The notes under the pieces were generated by a model. That model made no database searches, was not told the DNA's origin, and saw only the letters and a list, made by a program, of their open reading frames with translations. 64,000 nt of DNA from Lama glama (lineage: Eukaryota): assembly GCA_028534125.1 (NCBI GenBank), contig CM052817.1, positions 77,874,001-77,938,000 on the forward strand, in the 5' to 3' direction. The translations under genes were made by a program, and so were the position numbers. Below, piece by piece: positions 1-14,160 of this stretch; the first letter of the stretch is position 1; the number at the start of each line of letters is the position of its first letter.

Positions 1-495
1 AAAATAGGGAAGAAAAAATATTTGAGGTGATAATGACTAAAATTTCCCAGACTCGGTGAAAACATAAATTTACAAATTCAAGAAGTTAAGAAAATACAAA
101 ACAGGATAGATTCAAAGAAGACCACACTTTGGCACTTCATAGCCATACTGCTAAAAACCAAAAATAAAGAGAAAATATTGAAAGCAACTGAAGAAAAATG
201 ACAAATAACATACAGAAGATTAATGTTTCAGCACAGAATACTCAGAAAACATAGAGTCTAAAACACAGTGGAATATCTTTGAAGTGCTGAAAGGAAATAT
301 TTGCAAACAAAATTCTGTATCTAGCAAAGATATCCTTTTGAGAGTGAAAATGAAATAGACATTTTCAGATTAAAAAAACTAAGAAAATCTGTTGGTACCA
401 GATCTGCACAAGAAAAGCCAAGGAAAGTTTCTCCAGAATGAAATGAAGTAGTGCTAGAGGAAACTTGGATCTTCAGAAATGAAGAACATCAGAAA
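1..495 (+). mobile_element. Old L1 (L1M) ORF1 fragment
   Basis: A-rich sequence with L1 ORF1-like phrases (aaaatatttgaggtgataatgactaaaatttccca; aaagagaaaatattgaaagca). Confidence 0.75.
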
Positions 496-1059
496 TATTT
501 ATTTTGTATAAATTATACATAAATAAAATTAATTTAAAAAATCAAGGTGATTTTCCTTGAAAAATTCTGAATGTAACCCACTGCCACAAATCAAAGCTGG
601 CAGAGTCAAGAGTGTATTTTGCTACAAGAGGACTGTCTAGTCTCATCTCCCTCAAGCACTGTTTATCTGGTGCTCAGAAACAGATGAGAATATTTGCATG
701 GCTTTTACTGTTGGCCAGGAAAGAACTGTCTTAAACTATTTCTTTTTCTACCTTCAAAATACTATTTTGTGTGATTTAGAGCCACTGTCAACTATAGCAG
801 ACAAAATTTCATTAAGAATACCCAGAAAATCATCACTGTAAATATTTTGGCTACTGCACTACACTTTTGGAAATCAAATTATATACAAATAACTTACAGT
901 GTGATTTCCCTCCCCAAAAGCATGAGCAAAATGAGTAAGATATAAGCTGATCCTTTCAAAGTGTCATCCCTCTCAGCTCGATTTTATTTTGACATTCCTC
1001 AGAATGAAAGACCTTTCATAATTCTTCTGCATTTGACATAACTGGAAGCAATACCTATC

Positions 1060-1410
1060 CATTGTGTGGATCCTGTACAAGAATGGGGACATCATTGAGG
1101 TCAGCTGACAGAATGGGAACATGAATGGTAAATTAAAGTATTACACCAAAGTTAAATTTACTAAAGGTCATATCTGTCTGTCAGTTATATGAGAGAATAT
1201 CCTTATTCTTAAGACATACCTTAAGTGTTTCAGGATAAAAGGCCATGGTGTATATATGACCCTCAAAAATAGACATTCACATATATAGAGAAAGAGAGGG
1301 AGACAGAGAAAGAAATAAGGCAAAATGTTACTAAATAGGTAAATCTAGATAAAGGGTATATGGGGTGTTTTGTGATTTTTCTGTAAGTTTGTAATTACTC
1401 CAAATAAAAC
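1060..1410 (+). mobile_element. L1MC/ME-type 3' end fragment
   Basis: Ends in ttttctgtaagtttgtaattactccaaataaaa followed by A-rich sequence. Confidence 0.6.
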
Positions 1411-2859
1411 ATTACAGGGGAAAAAAAAAATAAAAAACAACCCTATGGAAACAACCCAAACCACAATGTATGTAAGTAGCAACACTTAGGGGGAAAAAAA
1501 GTTTAATCCCAAGAGGAAATACCTGCTTGTAACAATCACTTTGTTACAACAAGCAACTATAATTACTATTAGAGGGATCCAGAGAAATACTATGGACACC
1601 TAACTGGCACTGTTCTTTCCATGCTTAAGCACTGTAGCTGTGGTGGATTCTTCTTGGTTTATGTTGCATGGGATTCACTTTTTATGTATAGAAAGACACA
1701 CATTTTTACAGCAAAATACATGTTCCCACAAAGTGCTTTCTAAATTCTCCTGTTCTTCTGTCTTTCTCCCTTCTACTCTCCCTGTCTCTCTCTTTCTCTG
1801 TCTCTATCTATCGATCGAGCTATCCATGCATCCATCTATCCCTACCTCTGTCACTTTCATTTTTCTAAGTCAGGAACGTGGAATTTAATTTTTGGTCCTA
1901 AAAGCACTCACCCAGGCACAGTTCTTGATGTCCTCAGGGAAGGTTTTGAGGGGGATGAGTTTTGACTGGTCCTTCTCTTTGGCTAGATTGATATGCCTAA
2001 TCAAATTCAATAAAAACCCAAAATTGAGCAGACGGATTAGCTATTAGCTTATTTTCTAATCAATCTATATTGCTAATATTTTAAATATACTTTGTTATTT
2101 TCAAAAGTATATAGATAGACTCAGCAAAATCAAATTAGGGGTTGGGAGAAAATATGCAATAATATTTCAGGAAAATAAGATATGACCCAGAAAATAACAG
2201 TTTGCCTTTGTCATGCAATATTTGGGGAGCAGATCCAGGTCCTCAGAGCTTGTCCTACCTAGATTGGAGGGCCCAGTGCCTTCCTGGCTTCAAGGGTAGG
2301 AAGTAGCAGTTGCTTTGAGAATCACTCAGTAGAGTAAGTAACCTGCACTTATGGAAATTAAATATATATTTTGAGAATAATGTTAGCTCCAATCATTAGG
2401 ATGGAGAGAAGGGGAAGATGAGAGTGATAACCAGAACAAGGAAAAATAAGCAGAACATGCATGTAAATGAGAGAACATTATTTGCAGTAGCAACCAGGGT
2501 AAATCTAAAGAAGTTATTTAAGGGTAGTCTAACAGTTCCTACCAATGAGAGGGAGGAAAGCTTGGGGGCACTGCCTTGCAGAGATTTGCACTCTTTTATC
2601 ATGGATTAAAGATTTAAAATATGTGTTATACTAACAAAATACCTTTGAAAGAAAGAGTGCCATTTTTCCTTTAGTTTTGAAGAACTGCAACATTAAAAAA
2701 TGGGAGAAAAATTAAACTACATAAAATACTTATATTAACATATTAAGCACCATTCCTGGTAAAAATATCAGCATCCAGTTGTTACTGATGTGGATGCATG
2801 TGTAGATTGTACCATCGTCATAACTGGGCTTTTGATGGGCCCTGCTCTTTTACAAGCAG

Positions 2860-3050
2860 TATTACAGCAATGGAAAGTAAATATTAAAGTGGAAGAGAAG
2901 TTCATTTGGAATCTAAACACTTAATTGCAACTGTGTGATGCAAACTGTGTAATCATGGGCAGGTCACTTAACCACTCTGAGCTTCAGTTTCTAGAACTGA
3001 AAGAGTTAATTATACCTCAGAGTGTTCCTGTACCCGGAAGTGCTATTTAA
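2860..3050 (+). mobile_element. MIR SINE
   Basis: Core tgggcaggtcacttaaccactctgagcttcagtttc. Confidence 0.7.
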
Positions 3051-3382
3051 ATATAAAGAACATTACTATTCAAATTAACACGTACTTAGGAATTGGCATT
3101 TGAATGGAACTATCTGTCCTAGAAACAAGAATATCTATTTAGGAAAAAAACCCTGCAATACTTCATTTCTTTATGCATATAGCATATAGCAGATTGTAAT
3201 ACACTGAATTAGTTCTTAGAAAACTTTTTTCGTTAGTATGATCCTCTGATCAAGATCAATCCACCTACTGCTGAATTATCAAAGATTGGTATCTTTTCTG
3301 CTAAAGTTTCTTCAGCATTTAATATCCAAAGCTGAAAATGTTTTAAGGCTCATTCATACATTGACTTATCACTTACTAGGCT

Positions 3383-3745
3383 TTTATTTATTGTGGTAAA
3401 TTACACATAGCATAAAATTGGCTATTAGTGACCTTCAGTACATTAACTGTATTGTGCAACCATCACCATTATCACCATTATCGATGTTTTCATCACCCAA
3501 AAGCAAAATACCCTGTGTCACTCCCATTAAGCAGTCGCTCCCTTTCCTCTATCCTCAGCCCCATACCACATTTTTCAAAAACCTTCCTTAGTTGATAAGC
3601 ACTTAGTTTTACTTTTCTTTTGGGGGGAGCTATCATGAATAATGCTGCTATGAACGTTAGTGTATAAATTTTTAGGTGGACATATGATTTAATGTCTCTT
3701 GCATGTTTGGCAGTGGCTGCCACATTTTATATTCCTACCAGCAGT
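3383..3745 (-). mobile_element. L1MB-type 3' end fragment with internal deletions
   Basis: ttattgtggtaaattacacatagcataaaatt...tgtgcaaccatcacc...atgaataatgctgctatgaac...ttatattcctaccagcagtg. Confidence 0.75.
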
Positions 3746-6700
3746 GCTGCTCCTGACCCCTCCATCACCATTTCAGGACCCATTTCATCAGGAAAGTAGA
3801 ATGCCCACTTAGCTCCCCAACCTGCATATGTACATGGACACAGCTTCTAATTACTCATGCCAGTCTGCAGAAGAGTAAAACAGCAAATAGCAAAAGCACT
3901 GGGTGCCAGATGTTGTTATAAATGCCTATATGTATTTGCACAGCCTTTTAACCAATGTAACATGTGTAAACATGGCTTCCACATTTCCCCTCTCACTAGA
4001 AAAAAAGTCTCTTGGGCACTCTCTTATCAAAACCTTTGTATATTCCCAATTAAAACTGCTTCCTTTCACCTGCAACATGGAACAGATGTTAAGCCATAGC
4101 AACTGTTAATCTTTAGAGAAGTAATTCATGCCAAAAAGATATGTAGAGAACGATACAAATACATGGTTCTTCCCAAAAATCTTTGAAAATTTTCCTTAAA
4201 TCAACAGCCACATTCCAGAATTGTGTAAATTAGCAACTTGACAACATTTTACTTGTCTTCTCTTCATAATGATACATGAGATTTTGGTAGCATGCAGTGA
4301 GGAGGGCAAGAAAGAAGAGTTAAGTGCATGAGATGAACACTTGATGTGCATGAAAAGCATGAGACTTGGGGTGTGGTTGTTCCAGGTGGCAGATGTGAGT
4401 GTTGCATGAGCACTGTGGACCCAGGAGTGTCAACTCAGGATGCCCACATACCCCATCCTCACTCCAACCTAAGACTGTGCCTTGGAAAACTGATCAGCAT
4501 TCCATGGATTCATACCTTTGTTTTAGATTGTCACCTCTCTATAGATACCAAATAAGGTAATCTGAACACAGCAATTCAGGCAACCTAATATTTGATGATA
4601 CAATTCTTTTATTTGTATAATTAAATCCTGTTTTTAAAGGAATTATTGTGGGAATATAAAGGCATTTTTTTCAAACGTAATTGAACTATTTAATAGTGCT
4701 TGCTCAAGAAAGATACTCCAGTGATTTTAAAACACAGGGCATTAGAGGGCAGGTTGTTAGAGAGGGGCCCTAGAGATCTGCTCTCGTGATCCTCCTTCCG
4801 CATGCACGAACACCATGAACACATGAAGATCCACCTCCCCAAGTAGCTCCTACAGCCCATCTGAAAAACCACTGATCAAAACCAAAGGGAATGACTCCAG
4901 TAATTCCCACTATTTATTATCAATATGCAGGCATTTGCATATAAAAACCTTTTTTTTTGGAAAGTAGAAGGCATACAGGTATCATTATGGGAGGTCAAAA
5001 AGTGAGTCACTGGCTTAATATAGAATCAGATTTAAATGTTTTCCTTTTTAACTCCTGTAAATACAGGACCAAGCTGTAGGTCTTACCTGAAGGTGGCCGT
5101 GAAGTTCTCGGTGGGCCAATGCAAGAAAAAAGACTTCCTGGCATCGATGCTGGCTTCTCCTGCTTTGTCTATACAGTTGGCAGTCCACATGGTGCTCAGT
5201 GGTATTTAATTTTTACCTTAAAGATCTTTTCATACCTGGAAAGATAACCAGAAAAGACCTCTGTTAGTTTGTTTCTTAAATGTAATGGGAGCACCTGTGT
5301 TCATGATAAAATGCTAGTTCTCACCACTCCTGGGCAGAGCATGCCTCCTTCATCTCTCCTACTCTCTGTGCACAGCACAGGGAATGGTTAGGTATGCCTT
5401 TTCAAAGTGCATGTTGAGCAGAGGCTGGTCCAGGAAGGCCCTGAAAACACTACCTTGGGGGTAGCAAATAGGCGATGCTGAGAATTGAGTATGGACCGTG
5501 CTTTATATTTTAGAGCTTTTTTAGAGAACCATTAACTCACTTATTCTATGTTTGTTATTATATATTATATATGTGAATTTTGTAATTATTATAATTAATT
5601 TCTTATTCATGTCTTGCTTCAAAAAGTATTAGAGGGACTGAACAAAGATCCATGATATATGATTTATAAAAATAGTTATACAATTTTTTCTTAACAGAGA
5701 CAGACAAAAAAGAGATTTAAAATACATTTTCAACCTTAATTTTTAAGATTTTCTAGCCTTTAAAGCATGAAATTCCTTTCTTAAGATTTTTGTTCATACC
5801 ATTTTCTCTTAGATTCTAGCCAAAAACCTGTTAGTGTACAGACTGAACCCAACTTAAAAATCAATTAATCAGTCAGTCAATCAGTCAATCAATCGCATAC
5901 CAGTGGCCAGGATGTCATATATGTAAATGATGGACATAGTTCCTTCCCGTTTATCTCTGGAAAGTCAGGTGATTGTCACCAGTCAAATTGCTTTTTAGCA
6001 ATTTCTGCCTATTCTCTTTTGTCTTCTGACATGGAAACCACCATGTCTCTTGGTTAATTCACAAATTTAATGTTCAGGTGGGTCTGGGATTTAATCATAG
6101 CTATAAGCCCTGTGAAGGATGCTTAGGGAACTTGGGCACACTGCACTGGGACACCCTGCTGTTCAGAACTATTCAGAAGCACATGTAGAAACACTCAAGG
6201 TTGAATTAGATCAGAGACACCTTATGTACAGAAATCCCATGACTCCACTGAGTCATGAAACAGTTCAGCTACAACTCTTCAATGGGTTTATGAAATGAAA
6301 ATAATTTTTCAGGAAGCCCACCTGAAGGGTAATCTAAATTTAAAGCTTAGGGCACCATGAATATAAATAGGATGGAAACACGCCTTGTGATACAAGATGG
6401 CCTTTTGCTACATTCTGTTTCAACATTTTTACCCTATGTCTGTGTATTTGAAGATTTTATAAAACACAGCCAATCATCAGATACAATTATTTTTCTAGTT
6501 TGTAACACTAAAGGCATTATCAAGCTAAAAATATATGGCCAGTGGGAAAGATAGATACATATCTGCTGGATTTTACAGATTTTTTTTTTTGAGTGTATAG
6601 ACAGTGTGCTGTGTGGAAACTTCCAAATATACTGACTTGGAAAAACCCTTTTCAGTAATTCCCTTTTTAGTTCAATAAAGTGCCAAGATTATGCACTCCC

Positions 6701-6762
6701 TCGAAACTAAACCAAGAAGTTATCCAAAAACCTAGAGCATGGTTTTCATTCTCCTGTAACAC

Positions 6763-6975
6763 GGAGCACTTAACCACATGCCAAGAACTGTTCTAAATAT
6801 TTTATAAACATTGGTTTCATTTAATTGCCAAACAACTACACCAGGTAGTCATTATTAGCTCCATTTTATAGATGGGCAAACTCACAGAGAGGTTAAGTAA
6901 ATTGCCAAAAGCAACAAAAAGTGGGATTTGAACCCAGACAGCCTGACTTGTGAGCCTATGCTCGCAACCACTTGG
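6763..6975 (-). mobile_element. MIR SINE
   Basis: ccattttatagatgggcaaactcacagagaggttaagtaaattgcc...gggatttgaacccagacagcctgac. Confidence 0.85.
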
Positions 6976-8354
6976 CATCGATGGCTGTTGACCTATAGTT
7001 CTCTGAAGTACCTTCCTCCTCATTCCTCATCTTCCCCCAGAGCCACCAGGCTTTCTGACGGGATTGTTCTTTTATTTGGGGTGGGAATGAAGTGACAAGT
7101 CTCATGACAAAGCCAGATGTTAGCTTGGAACTGTTTAAAACATATCACAACAAAGCTTTATACTCCAGAGGATTCTCCTAGGCATCCCACTGTATCTTCA
7201 CACTCAGTCACTGACTCAGTGAGATTTTTTTCAGAAGAAATTGGCTTAAGGAGGAGCAGGGAGAGGACTGCAGTTTCTATTTCTGTTGTGTATGCCTTAT
7301 TACGATCTATTAACAAGACAAGATACCACTTGCTTTCCTCTACCTCAGCCTTGATACCAGAGGGTGAGCCAGAGTGAGCCGTTCTGTAGGATTCTAGGGA
7401 AATTTCCCCTATTCTGAGACAAGGGTGTTCCCTTAGAAGCTTGGGAGTAGGGGTTGTGGTGTATTCTGTAAGTATCTGTCATTTCACTAAGTTAACAGTA
7501 ATCTTCGTCTTTCCACATAAGTAAAATTTGTCTTTCATTGTCTCTATATTTTTTAATAACTAAATTTGAGGATATTGATGTCCAAAGATGGTGTGAGCTA
7601 TGTACAGTCCCTTTCTATTTGTAAATTCTTCATGGGCCTCTACTGGTATTAATATCTTAATATTTATAAAGCAGATCATGTTCTTAAAAATGATTTTATT
7701 TGAAAAATAACTTATTAAGCATTCTAATGAATATCAAAAGTGATACTGAAGGTTATGTCTAACTTTAATTCTTTATAATATATGTAGTGTGAAAAAAATG
7801 ACAAAAACCTCAAAACAGTTTTCACTGAATATTAATATCTCATACAACTGGAGAAATATAATTTCCTTGTGAATAAACAAACATTTAAATCCCTTTATTA
7901 TTACACCAAAACTGAAATTTACTTATTTCGACCAAATACAGAGGTGGCAGTTAGTCAACTATTTATTCCATTTGTGTTGGTTTCTGAAGTATCAGCCTGA
8001 AGGTGAGTGAGTTTCCAGCTGAAGTCAAGGTGAGCTGAGATAGAACTGAACCTCAGTCCCCTGCCCTTCTTATGACTAAGTGGAAAAACTCAGTGCTAAA
8101 CTCAGATTATTAATCTGAATAGGTTGATTCAGGGCATAACACAACCCCCCATCTATGAGTGAGACAGGACAGGGAAGAAATAAGTTTATCATCACAGGAG
8201 GCTATTTCTGTTTAGTTGTTGTTTCTGGAAAAAATATAATTTTTTCACATTAACAATGATCATGAATATACCCAAAAGTTATTATGGGAATGATATTGTA
8301 GGTAACTTTCTAAAAATCATGGTAAGAACTTGTACATTTGGTCCTGCTGGTTAT

Positions 8355-8550
8355 TGCTGTGGATGGGATTGTGTCTCCCCTGTCCACCCTAACACCCCAC
8401 ATTGAAGCCCTCACTGCCAGTATGGCTATATTTGGAGACAGAGCTTTTAGGATGTGATTAAGGTTAAATTACGTCATAAAAGTCAGATTCTAATCCAAAG
8501 GATTGGTGGGCTTATAAGAGGAGGGGGAGAGATTTCTCTCTCCCCTCCAC
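8355..8550 (+). mobile_element. MLT1A/B-type MaLR LTR, 5' part
   Basis: tgctgtggatgggattgtgtctcccc...gtatggctatatttggagacagagctttt...aaggttaaat...cttataagaggag. Confidence 0.75.
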
Positions 8551-10419
8551 ATGCAGAAAATTTTGCTAATACAAACCAAGTATGTTCACTGTCCTAGTTA
8601 AAAACCCTTCAGCATAGTATTTCAGCCCCTTACTATGGCCTGTGGAGACCCTGTGTAACTGGATTCCCTGACCATAGTATCATATCTAATATCATGATGC
8701 ACACTTTTGGCCTTCCCAGAACTCCTCCCTCCAAGGGGCCAAGCTGCACCCACTCAGGCCTGCTGTCCCTCGACCTAGAAGGTGCAGCCACCCTGTCTGG
8801 TAAGGTCCAGTGTAAAGGCTGCCACCTGAGTGATCCTGGTAGATAACCCCTCTCTGATATGGTCCCATCACCTTCTCTGCATAGCATCCTGTCTACCTTG
8901 TATCAGAATCACCAATAACAGTCTGTAGTTCTCCCCCTCTTACTTTTATCATCTGTAAGCCCCAGGCAAGAGAGACCTTGCCTGTAATATTTTCTTACAG
9001 TAAGGGTTAGTGAACGTGCAACTTTGTGATAATCAGGAGAGCACGTAGTGCATGTGTACTTGGTATCAGACATAAGCAACAAATCACTAAACGAGAAGAA
9101 GTGCTGATTCTGCCTCCTGCAGCCTCTTTTGAGTTCTGCGGGGCTGTGGATCAGATCAGCAGGGTATTATGGCGCCCTCAGATGATGTAGTATTTTCACT
9201 GTGAGTGTGCACCTCAACAGAAGGGCTTTTCCTGCAAAACATCAAACACCACAGAACAGCTAGTCACTGGTCAAGTATATGATGGGGTTTATGTTAAATG
9301 TCAAGGCTGACACTAAAAATTAGCCTCAGTCTCCTAAACAGGGCTTCACAGCTCAAATTCAGGAGCCAGCAAGTTATAGAAAACTATTGAAAGAAATGAG
9401 GTCACTTAGGGAGTTGATGTGGATGGAGAACAGTTTAGGGGATAAAGCCCTGAGGCAGCCGACTCTTAGAGGTGGGCGAAAGGAGAAAGCAGCAAAGCTG
9501 ATCACAAACTTTGAGAAGGGGAGAACCAAGAACCAAGAGGTCAAAGATAGAGTGTATTACAAGAAGGTTAAAAAAAAAATTGTGGCCTAACATAGATAAA
9601 ATAAAATGATATGGAGATTTGCAGAGAAGTAATTGCAATTTGGTTTCAGTTAACATAAAAATTTAGATAACTGAGGATTCTGCTAAATTGACTCCAATCT
9701 CATCTAAATCAATATTCAGATTTGGGGGAAAATTTCTCAAAGATCAGCAAATAATACTGGAAACATCAAATGGTTTCTGAATACAAGGAAGTGCTTACCT
9801 GTTATTTGGCTGAGCTATGACTAAGCTCTAACAGAACTCTCTGGTCATAATAGGTTAAAAAACTAAATTGAACAGAACATAAAAACTCTTTGATAAACAG
9901 AGCAAATATTTTCATAGATCTAAAGAAAATTCTTTCCCATGGAGTCAAGAAGGTGACACCCCCCAGCTCCAAGAATGTAAAACCTGCTTGCTTGCGCTCA
10001 GCAGCACTGAATCTTAGGAACATGAGTAGCTTTTCATGAAATCAGTCCTGAAGTTAAAAATTAGTTCATATGTTTTAGAGGAAACAAAACAAAACACCTC
10101 CTATGGCCACTAGTCTGCTTTGATGATCAAAAATAATATATTAAAATTATACCTTATGTGGTAAAGCCTTGAATGACCACCTAAAATCTCAGAATGATTG
10201 ACGTGAACATCCTTTTTTCTTCAGTTCTTGGCACTGAAGACCGAGTGTGTCTACAGCACTTGGCAGAGTACTGTGAACAAATGCTGGAAGCATGAGGGTT
10301 CTGTAGAAGTCAAGATCACCGGCCATTATGACATCAAGGTTCTGAGGCTCATGTCACAATGACAAACTGACATACGTGTTTCCCTGATTTTGCTTCCATC
10401 TTTTGATTTTTTTAAGGTT

Positions 10420-11265
10420 AATCCTTTTATTTTGAGATAACTGTAGATTCATTTGCAGCCACCAGAAGTAATAAAGAGAGAATCTATAACCTTTTATTCA
10501 GTTCCTCGCAATGGTACTATCTCTTTGAACTACACTACAGTATCATAACTAGGATATTAACATCGATAAAGTCAAGACACAGAACATTTTCATCACCTCA
10601 AGGATCTTTATGTTACCCTTTTATAGCCGCACAGACTTCCCTCCCACTTTTGCCATCTTTAATCCCTGGCAACCACTAATCTGTTTTCCATTTCTTTAAT
10701 TTTGACATTTCAAGGATGTTATATCGATGGGATCATACAGTATCCTCTGGGATTTGCTCTTTTCTACTCAGCGTAACTGGAGATTCATTGATTGTTGCAG
10801 GCATTAATAATAGTTTGTTTCTTTGTAACTTTTAGTAATAGCCCATGATAATGATGTATCACAGTTTGCTGAACCAACTGTTGGGGGACACCTGAGTCAT
10901 CTTCAGTTCTGGGCTGTTATAAAGCTGCAGCAAACATTTGTGTATAGATTTTTGTGTTAACATAAGTATCCATTTCTCTGGGCAGATATTGGGTTGTGTG
11001 GTCATTGTGTCTTTTGTTTTTTAAGAAACTGTCAAATTGTTTTCCAGAGTGGCTGTACAATTTCACATTCTTACCAGCACTGTATGATTCAGTTTCCCCA
11101 CATCCACATAAACATTTGGTGGTGTCATTTTTTATTTTAGTCATTCTGATAGCTTTGTAGTGCCATCTCATTGTGGATTTAATTTGCATTTCCCTAACAG
11201 TTAATGATGCTGAATATCTTTTCATGTGCTTATTTGCCATCTGTATATCTTCTTCCGTGTTATGA
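10420..11265 (-). mobile_element. L1MC-type 3' end including the ORF2 C-terminal remnant
   Basis: ORF 10917..11429 contains EEDIQMANKHMKRYSASLTVREMQIKSTMRWH, typical of the L1 ORF2 C-terminus; the 3' UTR starts ttttattttgagataactgtagattca. Confidence 0.85.
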
Positions 11266-11559
11266 AACTTAGAGTAATCTGCTAAATACATTTCATGTAA
11301 AGACAGCACTCTATTTCCACTGGAAAACTGACCATCATACAGATGAGGAGGCTGATGCACAGATAATTTAGATACTGTGAAGCCAGGCCGCCATAATGTA
11401 ACCGAAGGATTCAAATCCAGCCGACTCAAGAGGTCCCACAGCCTCCGGGCACTGGAGCCCCCTCACCTCTTCTTACAGGGACAGCCTCTTTCCTTTGACA
11501 GCTGTGGAGGACTGAAATTCAATCATAACAACAAAGTGTGTGGTTTCCCTTGTAAGCTC

Positions 11560-11910
11560 CTGTAATAGTTATCTGAATCCATGTCTCTTATTCCCCGTTA
11601 GACTCTAGGGACCTCAAGGAAAGAGTCTATATCTGATTTATCATTTAATTCTCCCAGGCATTAGCACATTTGAGGAATTCAAAACAATTTTATTGAATAA
11701 ATGAATGAATAGCTTTCTACCATGGATGAAGAAAAAAAAGAGATAATCTGAAATAGTCTTGTCTTTCTTTTATTTCATTCATTCAACAGAGAGTGTCTGA
11801 GCCTGTACTAAAAGACAGGCACTTGGTTAGGTCTTGGAGCAGCAGGGAGCAAAAGGCACTCAGATTCAAGTCTCACAAAACCTAGATTTGAATGGGGGAG
11901 ACAGAAGTTA
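11560..11910. mobile_element. Two L2 3' end fragments in opposite orientation
   Basis: ttattgaataaatgaatgaat at about 11690-11710 (plus) and ttcattcattcaaca...acaggcacttggttaggt at about 11773-11835 (minus). Confidence 0.6.
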
Positions 11911-12754
11911 AACAGAGTTTCACCGGTAAGTATGTTAACACCAGTCTCTTTTAGGTACTACAAAAAAAAAAAAAAAAAAAAGAGTGACATGAGCAATTAA
12001 AAGGACACCTGACTTTGATTGTGGCGAGGACAGGCAAGGAAGTCTTCTTTACAGAGCTCATTTGAAATGAACTTTAAAAGATAATTTGGAATTGACTGGG
12101 GCAGGGGAGGAGGCAGGGTGGGAGAGAGAGAGAAAGAAAGAAAGACGAAAAGAGTGTATGTTGGGAAAGGATGTTTCATATTTTCATGCTGAAGGGATAA
12201 AATTTGAGTATATGAAATTTCAGAGAAAGGAAAGAGTTTGCTAAATTGGAGACACTAACAGAAGACACAAAAAAGGGACTTAATTCTGAAAAGGTGGGTG
12301 GAGGCCAGAAGCACAGATCTTTCTAGGCCTTTTGACCTTGTTAAGGGCCCTCATTTTAAAACCAAACTAGCACAGATGCGGCATCTGAGATAGTGGCGCC
12401 CGGAGACTTCGCCCCCCCTTTTGAAGGGTCAGTGCTAGCCTGGACATGCTTCACTGTATTTAGAACCACAGAGGCTCACTGGGCAGCACTTTCTGGCCTC
12501 TTATCAAGCATCTGTCAGAATCTATTTAAGGCAAGAAATGCAGGCAGGCATATCTCTGCACCTTCCCCACTTCCCAGATTATCTCCACTCTCTGCCTCTC
12601 TTATTTCATTGAATACTGAACTTTCACCCTACATGTCAAATAGAAGAGGTGATCCTATGCCTCCAGTACTAACATCTAAGCACACTGCAAAGACAAGGCT
12701 GTTTTCTTAATTCTGTTTTTCCCTCAGATTTTTAAATGTTTGTATTGGAAAACA

Positions 12755-13005
12755 GATTGTGTAGTGTCAAGAATGTGAGTTCTGGAATCCAGTTACCTAG
12801 ATTTGAATCTCCCTTTATTATTTATGACCTACATGAGAAGACTAGGAAAACCAGTTGTACTTTAAAGCCTCAATGTCCTTATTTGTAAAATAGAGATGAT
12901 GATAAAAGTACCTTCTTCATAGGCTTGTTATGAGAATTGAATGAGGTAATAATACTTCAGAAAACTTACTATGGTATATAACAGCAATCCATCAGTTAAT
13001 GTTGG
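12755..13005 (+). mobile_element. MIR SINE
   Basis: gcctcaatgtccttatttgtaaaatagagatgatgataaaagtaccttcttcataggcttgttatgagaattgaatgag. Confidence 0.75.
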
Positions 13006-13321
13006 CTATGTCCTAAAGGTGAAAGTGGGGCTTTATACTCAGAAACAGCAGGTGATACCATGGGTGCTCTTCCCTGACCAAGAGGGGGAGATAGAACAGG
13101 GAGTGGTGTTGACAGAGTAAGTACAAGTTGCCAAGCTGTTTGCCAGGCAGTTGAAGTACCTCATCTCATTTCTGTGCAGCAGATTTCTGAGCTAAGAATC
13201 ATTATTTCTAGTTTTACCTGTGGAGAAACTGAGGTTTGGTAAAGTAACTGAGAGCCATATACCTATTCATAGAGTCATGTTTGTCTAATTTCAAAGCCAT
13301 ATGGTGTTTCCACAACTAAAC

Positions 13322-13375
13322 AATGTTTCCCCTCTGAAGGAGAGAAGAAATGTTTCCCTTCTGAAGGAGAGAAGA
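13322..13375. repeat. Tandem duplication, 2 x 27 bp
   Basis: aatgtttccc(c/t)tctgaaggagagaaga occurs twice with one mismatch. Confidence 0.95.
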
Positions 13376-14160
13376 AAAAATATTTAAGCCACATCATGTT
13401 TAGGTTGGCTCCAAAATTATTTAATTGGCATGTGTTTGAGTGTTTCTGTTAACTGTCAGTGTTTGCATTTGGTGCCCATACCCCTCAAGATGGCTGGTTG
13501 TGGAACCCTTAGCCACTGCTGGTTGCACGGACCAACTCTCAGACAGGAAGTTTTTATCAGCTCCCAAAGTGAATAGTAGATGCCTGTTGCTTTAAGGAGC
13601 GAGACCTCGGGCTTTGGGCAGGCTGGAAGTAGCAGTCAGACTGAAGTGCTCTGACTGATGCTTCACCTCCTGATGTCTAATTGTTCACATCTCTACACAG
13701 ATACCAGTCTGTGAATTGAGGCTAAACATTTCTACTGCCTCTTCAGCATAATCTTCATTCTGGGTCCATGTCCCTGGGAATAACTTCTCTCCTGACTGTG
13801 GCACTCTGGTAGTCTCCTACCTCCTAGTTGATTTTTACCTCCACGAAGGCTGAAAAGAGAGGGACGCCCAGGCCTTCACAGTGAGCACTTGCTCCACTGC
13901 CCTTTGCTGCCCTCTGCTGTCTATACCTGGAAATTATGTTTAACTTTCAGGCCCTTGGTCCAAAGCAGATACGTAATAGTGAGTGAATCCTGACACACAA
14001 AATTTGAGGGTGTGCCAAAAAACCAAGAAAATAAAATAAATTATATTTTAGTGCAATATTTTTAAAAGTCCAATTTAAAAAAATACGTTCAAAAATGTAT
14101 TTCAAATTTCAAAAAAAAATACATGGTGAATAAAATATCTAAATGTACCCTAAAATAATA

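Noticed and set aside
5000..7225. AP-1 motifs (TGAGTCA/TGACTCA at about 5003, 6249 and 7213) and the hairpin catgactc-cact-gagtcatg at 6238-6257
   Set aside because: The heptamer recurs throughout the window, and an 8-bp stem is expected by chance in 64 kb.
10917..11429. 170-aa minus ORF
   Set aside because: A chance fusion of flanking sequence with a decayed L1 ORF2 C-terminus.
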